From positions 1-50,807 of the IMG/VR virus record IMGVR_UViG_3300035014_000028: DNA of 50,807 nucleotides; one strand, 5' to 3'. Positions 1 to 9,334 of this stretch are shown here, one piece after another. The DNA is from a virus. Taxonomy: Duplodnaviria > Caudoviricetes. How positions within the stretch are numbered: the first letter of the stretch is position 1; each line of letters begins with the position of its first letter. The notes beneath the pieces were generated by a model, which searched no databases, had not been told where the DNA came from, and saw only the letters and a program-made list of their open reading frames with translations. Both the position numbers and the translations under genes were made by a program.

Positions 1-1212
1 ATGGGCCGGGACGATCAGAAGCCTGGCGAACCTCCGGCAAAGCCGGTGTGGCTCGTTCTTGGTGGCCGCGGCGCCGGCAAGACGCGAACCGGCGCCGAAT
101 GGGTCAAGGGCATGGCCCTTGGGCAGATGCCGTTTTCGACGACACCAACCGAGCGCATCGCCCTCGTCGGCGAGACGCAGGGGCAGGTCCGCGACGTGAT
201 GGTCGAGGGCGTCTCCGGGCTGATGGCGATCCACACCCGCTGGGAGCGCCCGACCTGGTTCCCGTCGCGGCGGCGGCTGGAATGGCTCAACGGCGCGATC
301 GCGCAGGCCTTCTCCGCCGAGGACCCCGAGGCGCTGCGCGGGCCGCAATTCGCCGCCGCCTGGTCCGACGAACTGGCGAAATGGCCGAACCTTCAGGAGA
401 CCTGGGACATGCTGCAATTCGGACTGCGCCTCGGCGAGCGGCCGCGCCAGATCGTCACCACGACGCCGCGCCCTTTGCCGCTGATCAAGCGGCTGATGAC
501 CGAGGCGCATGTCGCGGTCAGCCGCGCGGCGGCGCAGGCCAACCGCTTCAACCTCGCGCCCGATTTCGTCCGCAGCATCACGGAAGCCTATGGCGGCACG
601 CGGCTCGGCCGGCAGGAGATCCAGGGCGAGATCGTCGAAGAAAGCGCCGATGCGCTCTGGTCGCGCGCCATGATCGAGGCCTGCAGGGTGCAAGTCGCGC
701 CGTCGCTGGCGCGCATCGTCGTCGCGGTCGATCCGCCGGCCTCGTCCTCGGCGCGCGCCGATTCCTGTGGGCTCGTCGTTGCCGGCATCGACCGCAACGG
801 GATCGGTCATATGCTGGAGGACGGCACGGTGTCGGGCGCCCGCCCGCATGAATGGGCGGCAAAGGCCGTCGCGCTCTATCGTCGCTTCGAGGCCGACGCG
901 CTTGTCGTCGAAGTCAACCAGGGCGGCGAGATGGCGACCTCCGTCATCCGCGAGGTCGATCCCGAGGTGCCGGTGACGGCGGTTCGGGCGACGCGCGGCA
1001 AATATCTCAGGGCCGAGCCGGTGGCGGCGCTCTATGCGCAGGGGCGCGTCCGTCATGCAGGGCGTTTCCCGATGCTCGAAGATGAGATGTGTGACTTCGG
1101 CCCGACCGGGCTGAGTTCGGGCCGCTCGCCCGACCGGCTCGACGCGCTGGTCTGGGCGCTGACGCATCTGATGCTCGCGGCGAAGGGACGGCCGCGGGTC
1201 AGGGGGATTTAG
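1..1212 (+). CDS. GTA large terminase (g2-like); N-terminus may extend beyond the window
   Basis: Walker A GGRGAGKT, LRGPQF..AWSDE, VTTTP, nuclease domain VAVDP and SPDRLDALVWAL. Confidence 0.93.
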   Translation: MGRDDQKPGEPPAKPVWLVLGGRGAGKTRTGAEWVKGMALGQMPFSTTPTERIALVGETQGQVRDVMVEGVSGLMAIHTRWERPTWFPSRRRLEWLNGAIAQAFSAEDPEALRGPQFAAAWSDELAKWPNLQETWDMLQFGLRLGERPRQIVTTTPRPLPLIKRLMTEAHVAVSRAAAQANRFNLAPDFVRSITEAYGGTRLGRQEIQGEIVEESADALWSRAMIEACRVQVAPSLARIVVAVDPPASSSARADSCGLVVAGIDRNGIGHMLEDGTVSGARPHEWAAKAVALYRRFEADALVVEVNQGGEMATSVIREVDPEVPVTAVRATRGKYLRAEPVAALYAQGRVRHAGRFPMLEDEMCDFGPTGLSSGRSPDRLDALVWALTHLMLAAKGRPRVRGI

Positions 1213-1256
1213 CGCCCGGCTGCCGACGCTTTCGACGCTCCAACAGCGAGATTTCC

Positions 1257-2441
1257 ATGCTCAACTTCCTTCGCAACCTGCGCGGCGCCGCCGCGCCGGA
1301 CCAGAAGCGCTCGCGCGTCGGACCGCTGATCGCTCTCCACGAGGCCGGGCGGCCGGTCTGGACGCCGCGCGACTACACCGCGCTGGCCCGCGAAGGCTAC
1401 GAGCGCAATCCGGTGGTGCATCGCTGCGTCCGGTTGATCGCCGAAGCCGCCGCGCAGACGCCGCTGGTCGCCAAGGTCGAGGGCCGCGAGCTGCCGGAGC
1501 ATCCGGCGCTGGCGCTGGTCGAGCGGCCCAATCCGCGCCAGGGCGGCATCGCCTTCCGCGAGATGCTCTATGGTCATCTGCTGGTCGCCGGGAATGCCTA
1601 TGTCGAGGCGGCCAGCATCGGCCGCGAGCCGCGCGAGCTCCATGCGCTCAGGCCCGACCGGATGCGCCTGGTGCCGGGCCGCAACGGCTGGCCGGAAGCT
1701 TACGACTACACCGTCGGCGGCGACACCGTTCGTTTCCGGCAGGACGAGGCCGGTATCCCGCCGATCCTGCATCTGACGCTGTTCCATCCGGTCGACGACC
1801 ATTACGGCCTGTCGCCGATCGAGCCCGCCGCCTGCGCGCTCGATATCCACAATGCCGCCAGCAACTGGCACAAGGCGCTGCTCGACAATGCCGCGCGGCC
1901 TTCCGGAGCGCTGGTCTATGATGGACCCGACGGCGCCGGGCTCAGCGAGACCCAGTTCGAGCGGCTCAAGGCCGAGCTGGAGGAGAGCTTCCAGGGTGCG
2001 CGCAATGCCGGCCGGCCGTTGCTGCTGGAGGGTGGGCTCGACTGGAAACCGCTCTCGCTGACGCCGGCCGAGCTCGATTTCGTCGCGGCCAAGGGGGTCG
2101 CAGCACGCGAGATCGCGCTCGCCTTCGGTGTGCCGCGCTTGCTGCTCGGCATCCCCGGCGACAACACCCACGCCAATTTCGCCGAGGCGAACCGCGCCTT
2201 CTGGCGCCAGACCGCGATCCCGCTGGTCCGGCGCACGGCGCAGTCGCTGGCGCAATGGCTCGGGCCTGCCTTCGGCGACGACCTCACGCTCAAACCCGAT
2301 CTCGATGCGATCGAGGCTCTTGCTGACGAGCGCGAGTCGCTGTGGCGCCGGCTCGCGGCCGCGACCTTCCTCAGCGACGACGAGAAGCGCGAGGCGGTCG
2401 GCTACGGCCGTGCCGCGCCAATGGGGGAGGGCAAGCCATGA
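1257..2441 (+). CDS. GTA HK97-family portal protein (g3-like)
   Basis: 394 aa; GNAY, LRPDRM, YGLSPI, NAARPSGAL, LLEGGLDW, AREIALAFGVP motifs; follows terminase. Confidence 0.93.
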   Translation: MLNFLRNLRGAAAPDQKRSRVGPLIALHEAGRPVWTPRDYTALAREGYERNPVVHRCVRLIAEAAAQTPLVAKVEGRELPEHPALALVERPNPRQGGIAFREMLYGHLLVAGNAYVEAASIGREPRELHALRPDRMRLVPGRNGWPEAYDYTVGGDTVRFRQDEAGIPPILHLTLFHPVDDHYGLSPIEPAACALDIHNAASNWHKALLDNAARPSGALVYDGPDGAGLSETQFERLKAELEESFQGARNAGRPLLLEGGLDWKPLSLTPAELDFVAAKGVAAREIALAFGVPRLLLGIPGDNTHANFAEANRAFWRQTAIPLVRRTAQSLAQWLGPAFGDDLTLKPDLDAIEALADERESLWRRLAAATFLSDDEKREAVGYGRAAPMGEGKP

Positions 2442-2638
2442 ATGCGCTCGAACAGATCGTCACGGCCTTCGTCGGCCGCGGCGATGTCGGTCATCTCGGG
2501 CTCCTGCTCTGGGCCGGCTCGGCCTCGGCCTTCGCCTATGCGGTGATGCGCGAGCTGACCGCCGCCAACCGGCGCTTCGACGAATTCGTCCGCGAACTCA
2601 ACCGCTTCAACGCCCGACATGAGGGAGACCAGCCATGA
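2438..2638 (+). CDS. Small hydrophobic protein between portal and protease (position of GTA g3.5)
   Basis: ATGA overlap with portal stop, GGAGG upstream, 66 aa with one hydrophobic segment. Confidence 0.7.
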   Translation: MNALEQIVTAFVGRGDVGHLGLLLWAGSASAFAYAVMRELTAANRRFDEFVRELNRFNARHEGDQP

Positions 2639-2805
2639 GGCATGTCAGCGAGGCCAAGCCGTCATCGAACGGAGCGGGCAGGGGTCAGGCAAAACCCGCA
2701 AGGCCGGCGCCGGGCGCCGAAGCCTTCGGCCGGTTCGTGCGCAACCTGGCGCGCCTCGAAGGCAAGCCAGGCGCCTCGCGCAAGGACAAGGAGGGCCACC
2801 GGTGA
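2635..2805 (+). CDS. Small basic hypothetical protein, 56 aa (not in ORF track)
   Basis: ATG at 2635 overlaps previous stop (ATGA); TGA at 2803-2805 overlaps next start (GTGA); GAGGGAG upstream. Confidence 0.5.
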   Translation: MRHVSEAKPSSNGAGRGQAKPARPAPGAEAFGRFVRNLARLEGKPGASRKDKEGHR

Positions 2806-3332
2806 GAATGTCCTTCGGCACATCGCCCTTCGCACGGGAGGCCAAGTTCCTGGGCGAGCCGCCGACGCGGGTCCGCCTCGACGGCCTGTTCGAGGGCTAT
2901 GCCAGCCTGTTCCGCATCGCCGATCTCGGCAAGGACGTGATCGAGCCCGGTGCCTTCCGCGAGAGCCTGGTCCGGCGTGGGCCGTCCGGCATCAAGCTGC
3001 TCTGGCAGCACGATCCGGCCGAGCCGATCGGCCGCTGGCTCAGCCTGATCGAGGATTCGCGCGGGCTGTTCGTCCGGGGCCAGCTTTCGCTGGCGGTCGG
3101 CCGCGCCCGGGAGATCCATGCGCTGATGCGGGAGGGGGCGGTCGACGGGCTCTCGATCGGCTTCCGGCCCGAAAAGGCGCGGACCGAACCGCGCAGCGGC
3201 CTGAGGCGGCTCGAACGGGTCGATCTCTGGGAGGTCTCGCTCGTCACCTTCCCGATGCTGCCGCAGGCGCGCGTCTCCGCCGTCAAGGCGATGCCGCGCC
3301 AAGTGAACTTCCGTCCCGTCGTCCACGCCTGA
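2802..3332 (+). CDS. GTA HK97-family prohead protease (g4-like)
   Basis: FEGYASLF, LLWQHDP, DGLSIGF, LWEVSLVTFPM; start placed at GTG 2802 behind AAGGAGG. Confidence 0.92.
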   Translation: MRMSFGTSPFAREAKFLGEPPTRVRLDGLFEGYASLFRIADLGKDVIEPGAFRESLVRRGPSGIKLLWQHDPAEPIGRWLSLIEDSRGLFVRGQLSLAVGRAREIHALMREGAVDGLSIGFRPEKARTEPRSGLRRLERVDLWEVSLVTFPMLPQARVSAVKAMPRQVNFRPVVHA

Positions 3333-3356
3333 AAACCATCCACCCGAGGAGAGACC

Positions 3357-4601
3357 ATGACGACCCTGACACACGCTCCCGAGACCAAATCCGTCGGCAC
3401 CGACGCCTCGCTGGCCTATGACGACCTGCGCTACACGCTGGAAAGCTATCGCCTGACCAACGACCAACGCCTGGCCGAGATCGAGACCCGGCGCGGCGTC
3501 GATCCGCTGACCGAGGAGAAGATGGCGCGGATGGACGCCGCCCTCGACGAGACCAAGGCCCGCCTCGACAGGATGACGCTCGACCGGGCCCGCCCGGCGC
3601 TCGACCGCGACGGCCCTCGCGATCCGCTCGTCGCCGAGCACAAAGCGGCCTTCGCGGCCTATGTCCGCAACGGCGAGGTCGGCGGTCTGAAGCGGCTCGA
3701 ATCCAAGGCCCTCTCGGCCGGCTCCGGCCCCGATGGCGGCTATCTCGCGCCCGCCACCGTCGAGACCGAAATCCTGCGGCGGCTTGCCAACGTCTCGCCG
3801 ATCCGCGCCATCGCCACGGTGCGCACCATCTCGTCGGGCACCTACAAGAAGGCGTTCTCGACCACGGGGCCGGCCTCGGGCTGGGTCGCCGAGGCGGCGG
3901 CGCGACCACAGACCGGCACCACGACGCTGGCCGAACTCTCCTTCCCGGCGATGGAGCTCTACGCCATGCCGGCGGCGACGCAGACCCTGCTGGACGACGC
4001 GATCGTCAACATCGACCATTGGATCGCCGAGGAGGTCGAGAGCGCCTTCGCCGAACAGGAGGGCGCAGCCTTCGTCGCCGGGGACGGTATCGACAAGCCG
4101 AAGGGCTTCCTGGCCTATCCTACGGTGGCCGAGACGAGCTGGAGCTGGGGCAATATCGGCGTGCTCAACACCGGCGTCGCCGGCGCCTTCGCGTCCTCGA
4201 ACCCGTCCGACATCCTGGTCGACCTCGTCTATGCGCTGAAGGCCGGCTATCGCCAGAACGCCTCCTTCGTGATGAACCGCAAGACGCAGGCCGTCGTCCG
4301 CAAGTTCAAGGACTCGACCGGGCATTATCTCTGGCAGTCGCCTGCCTCGGTCGGTGCGCCGGCGACGCTGATGGGCTTTCCGCTGGTCGAGGCCGAGGAC
4401 ATGCCCAACATCGCCGCCAACGCGGTCGCGGTCTCCTTCGGCGATTTCCGGCGCGGCTATCTCGTTGTCGACCGGGCGGGCGTGCGCATCCTGCGCGATC
4501 CCTACTCGGCCAAGCCCTATGTGCTGTTCTACACGACCAAGCGGGTCGGCGGCGGCGTTCAGGACTTCGCCGCGATCAAGGGGCTGAAGTTCGCCGTGTA
4601 A
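3357..4601 (+). CDS. GTA major capsid protein (g5-like, HK97 fold)
   Basis: 414 aa; DGGYL, SPIRAIATV, ELYAMPAATQTLLDD, FGDFRRGY, LRDPYSAKPYVLFYTTKRVGGGV. Confidence 0.95.
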   Translation: MTTLTHAPETKSVGTDASLAYDDLRYTLESYRLTNDQRLAEIETRRGVDPLTEEKMARMDAALDETKARLDRMTLDRARPALDRDGPRDPLVAEHKAAFAAYVRNGEVGGLKRLESKALSAGSGPDGGYLAPATVETEILRRLANVSPIRAIATVRTISSGTYKKAFSTTGPASGWVAEAAARPQTGTTTLAELSFPAMELYAMPAATQTLLDDAIVNIDHWIAEEVESAFAEQEGAAFVAGDGIDKPKGFLAYPTVAETSWSWGNIGVLNTGVAGAFASSNPSDILVDLVYALKAGYRQNASFVMNRKTQAVVRKFKDSTGHYLWQSPASVGAPATLMGFPLVEAEDMPNIAANAVAVSFGDFRRGYLVVDRAGVRILRDPYSAKPYVLFYTTKRVGGGVQDFAAIKGLKFAV

Positions 4602-4607
4602 GGCGCG

Positions 4608-5444
4608 TCAGCGCGAGAACCACCAGCTATAGCCGGCCGGCGGCGGAGGCTCCGAAACTCTGCCGCCGGCGCCGAGCGCGAGCAACCTCGCGCTCGATTC
4701 CGAGATCCAGCTGCGATGGTCGCTGACCGGCGTGATCGCGGTGAAGCCGCCGCAGATGCGCCGGACGCGCGAGTTCAGCGGTCCGCTCGACCAGCTGATG
4801 ATGCCGACGAGATCGCGGGTGTCGCCGGCACCACGCAGCACCGGGCCACCGGAATCGCCGCGGCAGGCGCCGGCACCCGGCGCCTCGCCGCGCAGCTCGG
4901 AATCGACCGCGACCTTGACGGTGTTGGCGGTGGTGTAGTTGCCGGCATTGACGAGCTGGGTCTGGCGCAGGCGGCGCGCCGTGTTCTTGTTGTCCTCGAT
5001 CGCGAGGCCATAGCCCGCCATGGTGATGGTCTCGCCCTGCCAGAGACCACCGCCGAGCGTCAGCGGCTCGATGTCGCGCGGCAGCGGCGTCGCCAGCCGC
5101 AGCAAGGCGAGATCGGCGCCGGGCTGGGTGCGCGGCGTCGTGCCCGGCACGAAGCTCGGATGCGGCAGCACGGCGATGACGGAATGATTGCGGGCCCGGA
5201 AGTTGCGGTCGAGGCTGACGACCTTGACCGAGCCGCCGCCCATCAAGCAGTGCGCCGCCGTCAGCACGAGTTCGGGCGCGATCACCGCACCGGTACACAG
5301 TTCGCCCCGGCTGGTCTCGACCCTGAGCGTCGAGGCGCGCACGCCGTCGATCTCGCGCGATGTCGTACCGCCGACCACGGCGAAAGCAGGCGAAGCGGCG
5401 GCGATCGCCGACGCCAGGACGGAGCAGAAAAGACGCGATGCCAT
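4608..5444 (-). CDS. Secreted S1 (trypsin-fold) serine protease
   Basis: Signal peptide ending AFA then VVGG; catalytic motifs LTAAHC, DLALL, CRGDSGGP; start placed at ATG 5444. Confidence 0.92.
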   Translation of the reverse strand: MASRLFCSVLASAIAAASPAFAVVGGTTSREIDGVRASTLRVETSRGELCTGAVIAPELVLTAAHCLMGGGSVKVVSLDRNFRARNHSVIAVLPHPSFVPGTTPRTQPGADLALLRLATPLPRDIEPLTLGGGLWQGETITMAGYGLAIEDNKNTARRLRQTQLVNAGNYTTANTVKVAVDSELRGEAPGAGACRGDSGGPVLRGAGDTRDLVGIISWSSGPLNSRVRRICGGFTAITPVSDHRSWISESSARLLALGAGGRVSEPPPPAGYSWWFSR

Positions 5445-5509
5445 GACGCCGACCGGTGTTCGAGAATTCGGCAGTGTATGGGCTGCGGCTCGACAGTCCA
5501 GTCCCTGCA

Positions 5510-6289
5510 TCAGCGGCCGATTGTCCAATTGGCGCTTTCACCCCAGTTCGACAGGGTCCGGTCGATCCAGCCGCGCTGCGGCGCGACCAGGACACCCTGG
5601 CTGAGCAGGCCGCAGCTTTTGCCCGACGGGCCGGTTGACCAACTCGTCACGGCGACCACGCCATCGGGCAGAAGCATCGGCCCGCCCGAATCGCCCTGGC
5701 AGGCGCCGGGGCCGGGCTTCTTGCCGGCCCCGGTCGGGTCGGCGGCCCAGATCAGGATCTTGCCGGGGCCGTAAGGCTCGACCGTCGACAATGCGGCCGA
5801 GCGGTAGGTGCCGGTGGTGCGCGCCTCGCCCTCGCGTGAGACGCCGTAGCCCGCGAGCGTCACGGGCGAGCCGGCGCGCGGCAACGCGCCGTCGATCAGC
5901 GATGCTGGCGCGAAGCGGCCCGGCAGGGCCCTCGTCATACGCAGCAAGGCGAGATCGATCGAGCGGCGTCGGTTGGCGACCGCGTCGCCGTTGTATTCGG
6001 GGTGGATCGCGACTGCGACGGGTGAGACCAGCACCGGCTCGTCGCTGCCGGCTTCCTTCCAGTGCAGGCGAATCTCGACATTGCCCGCCGCACAATGGGC
6101 TGCCGTCAGCACGATCCGCGGCGACAGCACGATGCCGGTGCAGACGCCGCCGCGCGCATTGAGAACCATCAACGTCGCGGCCGCGGCCGGCCCGCCATCC
6201 CTGCCGCCGACCACGGCGCCGGCCGGCTGAGCCGCCAGCATCGCGGCGAGCGCGAAGCCGGTCGCCGCCATCCATCTCGTGACGCTCAT
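5510..6289 (-). CDS. Secreted S1 (trypsin-fold) serine protease, paralog of adjacent gene
   Basis: Signal peptide ending AGA then VVGG; LTAAHC, DLALL, CQGDSGGP. Confidence 0.92.
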   Translation of the reverse strand: MSVTRWMAATGFALAAMLAAQPAGAVVGGRDGGPAAAATLMVLNARGGVCTGIVLSPRIVLTAAHCAAGNVEIRLHWKEAGSDEPVLVSPVAVAIHPEYNGDAVANRRRSIDLALLRMTRALPGRFAPASLIDGALPRAGSPVTLAGYGVSREGEARTTGTYRSAALSTVEPYGPGKILIWAADPTGAGKKPGPGACQGDSGGPMLLPDGVVAVTSWSTGPSGKSCGLLSQGVLVAPQRGWIDRTLSNWGESANWTIGR

Positions 6290-6363
6290 CGCGGCGCTCC
6301 TCTGCCTTGGGAGCGCTGGATAGCGCGTCGCCTTGCCGAATTGAACCCCGCATCGGAGCGACC

Positions 6364-6933
6364 ATGACGCCGCTTGCCCTGACGCCGCCGGCCGTCGAGC
6401 CGGTTTCCCTGACCGAGGCCAAGACCTATCTGCGCATCGACCAGTCCGACGAGGATGGGCTGCTCGGCACGCTGATCACCGCCGCCCGGCTGATGATCGA
6501 GGCGGCCTCCGGCCGGATGCTGGTCGACCAGACATGGCGCATCGTGCTCGATCGCTGGCCCGACGGGGGCGAGATCAGGCTGCCGCTGTCGCCGGTCAGC
6601 GCGATCGTCGCGGCGCGGGTCTATAACGCGAACGGGGCGGCCCAGGCCGTCTCGGGAAGCGCGCTCGTGCTCGACTGGCAGGCCGATCCGCCGCTGATCC
6701 GCGTGGTCGCGACCGTGCCTGCCGCCGGGCGGGACCGCAGCGCCGTCGAGATCGACGTCACCGCCGGCTATGGCGCGACGGCCGCCGCCGTGCCGGCGTT
6801 GCTGCGCCAGGCGGTGCTGCAGCTCGCGGCGCGCTGGTTCGAACTGCGCGGCGACGTCGTCGGCCAGGATGCGGCCGTCCTGCCGTCCGGCATCATGGCG
6901 CTGGTCGCGCCGTTCCGCCGGCGCAGGCTGTGA
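6364..6933 (+). CDS. GTA head-tail connector (g6-like)
   Basis: PPAVEPVSLTEAKTYLRID N-terminus, LRQAVLQLAARWFE and PFRRRRL C-terminus; GGAG before ATG 6364. Confidence 0.9.
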   Translation: MTPLALTPPAVEPVSLTEAKTYLRIDQSDEDGLLGTLITAARLMIEAASGRMLVDQTWRIVLDRWPDGGEIRLPLSPVSAIVAARVYNANGAAQAVSGSALVLDWQADPPLIRVVATVPAAGRDRSAVEIDVTAGYGATAAAVPALLRQAVLQLAARWFELRGDVVGQDAAVLPSGIMALVAPFRRRRL

Positions 6934-7274
6934 TGGCGCGCTCCGATCGCGACGGGAGCGTCGGCGCGTTGCGCCGCCGGCTCGTCCTGGAGGCGCCGGT
7001 CGCGACGCCCGACGGTCTCGGTGGCCGGACGCAAATCTTCCAGACCGTGGCCGCGCTCTGGGCACAGGTCGAATGGCTCGGCGGCGGCGAGCGCTGGCGG
7101 CTCGGGCGGCCGGAGCAGGCCGGCAGCCATCGCATCACCCTGCGCTGGCGCGCCGGCGTCGACGCCGGCCAGCGCCTGCGCGACGGGGCCCGCCTCTTCG
7201 ACATCCGCGCCGTCGCCGATCCCGATGGCGGGCGACGGCGGCTGGTTTGTCTCGCCGAGGAGATCGCGCCATGA
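6933..7274 (+). CDS. GTA head-closure / head-tail adaptor (g7-like)
   Basis: LRRRLVLE, DGLGG, HRITLRWR, FDIRAVADPD; synteny. Confidence 0.88.
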   Translation: MARSDRDGSVGALRRRLVLEAPVATPDGLGGRTQIFQTVAALWAQVEWLGGGERWRLGRPEQAGSHRITLRWRAGVDAGQRLRDGARLFDIRAVADPDGGRRRLVCLAEEIAP

Positions 7275-7681
7275 GCGATCCGATCCTGGCGCTGCGCAGC
7301 GCGATCCAGACCCGCCTGGCCGCAGACGCGCCGCTGACGGCGTCGATCGGGGCCGGGCGCATCCATGACGAGGCGCCGCGTGCTGCGCGCGGCGTCTATG
7401 TCGTCCATGGCGATGTCGATGCGCAGGACTGGTCGACCGGCACCGAGAATGGCTGCGAGCAGGACGTCGCGCTCGTGGTCTGGGCCGGCGAGAGCAGTTC
7501 CGCGCGGCAGGCGCTGGAGGCGGCGGCGCTGGTCGTCGCGGCGCTCGATGATGCGGCGTTGTCGCTGTCCGGGCACCGGCTGATCAACCTGCGCTGGCGC
7601 TCCAGCCGGCTGGCGCGCGAGCGCCGCGACGGGCTGCCTTTCGTCACCATCCGCTTCCGCGCCGTGACCGAACCACTTTGA
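7271..7681 (+). CDS. GTA tail terminator, DUF3168 (g8-like)
   Basis: 136 aa; IHDEAP, DWSTGTENG, FRAVTE; ATGA-coupled. Confidence 0.85.
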   Translation: MSDPILALRSAIQTRLAADAPLTASIGAGRIHDEAPRAARGVYVVHGDVDAQDWSTGTENGCEQDVALVVWAGESSSARQALEAAALVVAALDDAALSLSGHRLINLRWRSSRLARERRDGLPFVTIRFRAVTEPL

Positions 7682-7708
7682 CACTCATTTTTTGACGAGG
7701 AGACGCCG

Positions 7709-8119
7709 ATGTCGGCACAAAAGGGCAAGGACCTGCTGCTCAAGGCGGCCGATTCCGGCGGGACTTACGTCACGGTCGCGGGGCTTCGCGCCCGCCAGAT
7801 CGCCTTCAACGCCGAGGCGGTCGACGTCACCCATTCGGAATCCGCCGGGCGCTGGCGCGAGCTTCTCGCCGGGGCGGGGATGCGCCGTGCCAGCATCAGC
7901 GGCGCGGGCATCTTCAAGGACGAGGCCTCCGATGCGCTCGTGCGGCAGATCTTCTTCGACGGCGTCATCCGCAACTGGCAGGTGATCGTGCCCGATTTCG
8001 GCACGATCACCGGGCCGTTCCAGCTTTCGAGCCTGGAATATCGCGGCGACCACGCGGCCGAGGTGACCTTCGAGCTCTCGCTCGAATCCGCCGGCCTGCT
8101 CGCCTTCACCGCGCTTTGA
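7709..8119 (+). CDS. GTA major tail tube protein, TP901-1 family (g9-like)
   Basis: AQKGKDLLLK, VAGLRA, FNAEAVDVT, WRELLAGAG, PDFGTITGPF. Confidence 0.93.
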   Translation: MSAQKGKDLLLKAADSGGTYVTVAGLRARQIAFNAEAVDVTHSESAGRWRELLAGAGMRRASISGAGIFKDEASDALVRQIFFDGVIRNWQVIVPDFGTITGPFQLSSLEYRGDHAAEVTFELSLESAGLLAFTAL

Positions 8120-8130
8120 GGAGAGACGCC

Positions 8131-8487
8131 ATGGCCAACCGCCACCGGGGTGAGACGGCGCTGTCCGTCGATGGCGAGAGCCTGCCGATGCGGCTGACGC
8201 TCGGCGCGCTCGCCGAACTCGAGGACGCCTTCAGCGTCGACAGCCTGCCGGCCTTGGGCGAGCGCTTCGCCTCGGGCAGGCTTTCGGCCCGCGACGTGAC
8301 GCGGATCCTCGCCGCCGGGTTGCGCGGCGCCGGCAGCAGCGTGAGCGATGCGCAGGTCGCAGGTCTTGCCTTCGATGGCGGCCTCAACGGCGCGATCGCC
8401 GCCGCCATCCGCCTGCTCGAGGCGACCTTCGGCGAACCGGGTGCGGCCCAGAGCGAGGCGCCGGACCCTCGGTTGCCGCCGGCCTGA
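8131..8487 (+). CDS. GTA tail assembly chaperone (g10-like)
   Basis: MANRHRGE, LTLGALAELE, RLLEATF. Confidence 0.88.
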   Translation: MANRHRGETALSVDGESLPMRLTLGALAELEDAFSVDSLPALGERFASGRLSARDVTRILAAGLRGAGSSVSDAQVAGLAFDGGLNGAIAAAIRLLEATFGEPGAAQSEAPDPRLPPA

Positions 8488-8687
8488 CGCCGCCGGCGGC
8501 GCAACCCTTTCCCTGGCGCGAGGTGATGAGCTTCGGGCTCGGCCGCCTCGGTTGGACGCCCGACGCCTTCTGGGCCGCGACGCCGCGCGAGATCGCGGCG
8601 GCTCTGCGGACGCATCGGCGCACTGTGGCGAAGGCGCCGGAACGCGCCGCCCTGGCGCGGCTGATGGCAGCCCATCCCGACGTCTGA
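8484..8687 (+). CDS. GTA second tail chaperone segment (g10.1-like), in the -1 frame; possibly a frameshift product
   Basis: Hand translation: PFPWREVMSFGLGRLGWTPDAFWAATPRE...LARLMAAHPDV; no ATG before PFPW. Confidence 0.78.
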   Translation: MTPPAAQPFPWREVMSFGLGRLGWTPDAFWAATPREIAAALRTHRRTVAKAPERAALARLMAAHPDV

Positions 8688-8720
8688 CCCGTTTTCCCAA
8701 CTCTCGATGAAAGCATCGCC

Positions 8721-9320
8721 ATGGCCGACGACGATCTCGTTTCGACTTCCCGTCTCTCCGACATGCGCTCGCTGACTTCGCTGACGACGAATCTGAGCAA
8801 GGCGTCCGAGGGCTTCGGCAAATCGATCACCAACGCCTTCGCCAAGGGCATCGTCGAGGGCAAGCGCTTCGAGGACGTGCTGCGCAATGTCGGCAAGGCG
8901 ATGACCGAGAGCCTGCTCAAAGCGGCGCTGAAGCCGCTGCAGAGCAGCCTCTCCAGTCTGCTCGGCAGCAGTATCAAGGGCCTGGGCGGGCTGTTCAGCG
9001 GTCTTGGCGGCGGGCTCGGAGGAGCGGGCGCGAGCGTGCCGGTGGCGCCCTTCGCCGATGGCGGCGTCGTCGCCTCGCCGTCCTATTTCCCGATGGGACG
9101 CGGGCTTGGCCTGATGGGCGAGGCGGGACCCGAGGCGATCATGCCGCTCTCGCGCGGGCCCGACGGCAAGCTCGGCATCCGGGGCGGCGGCGACGGCAGG
9201 CGACCGCTCGCCGTCACCGTGCAGGTGTCGACGCCCGACGCCGACAGCTTCCGCAGGTCCGAGGCGCAGGTCTCGGCCGCGATCGCGCGCGCCGTCGCCC
9301 GCGGCAGCCGGGCGCTTTAG
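8721..9320 (+). CDS. GTA short tape measure protein (g11-like)
   Basis: 199 aa; PFADGGVV, GLMGEAGPEAIMPL, SFRRSEAQV. Confidence 0.9.
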   Translation: MADDDLVSTSRLSDMRSLTSLTTNLSKASEGFGKSITNAFAKGIVEGKRFEDVLRNVGKAMTESLLKAALKPLQSSLSSLLGSSIKGLGGLFSGLGGGLGGAGASVPVAPFADGGVVASPSYFPMGRGLGLMGEAGPEAIMPLSRGPDGKLGIRGGGDGRRPLAVTVQVSTPDADSFRRSEAQVSAAIARAVARGSRAL

Positions 9321-9334
9321 GGGAGACATCGGCG

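Noticed and set aside
2685-4325. 546-aa - strand ORF and similar Arg/Pro-rich alternative-frame ORFs throughout the window
   Set aside because: They overlap well-supported genes and have low-complexity, non-protein-like composition.
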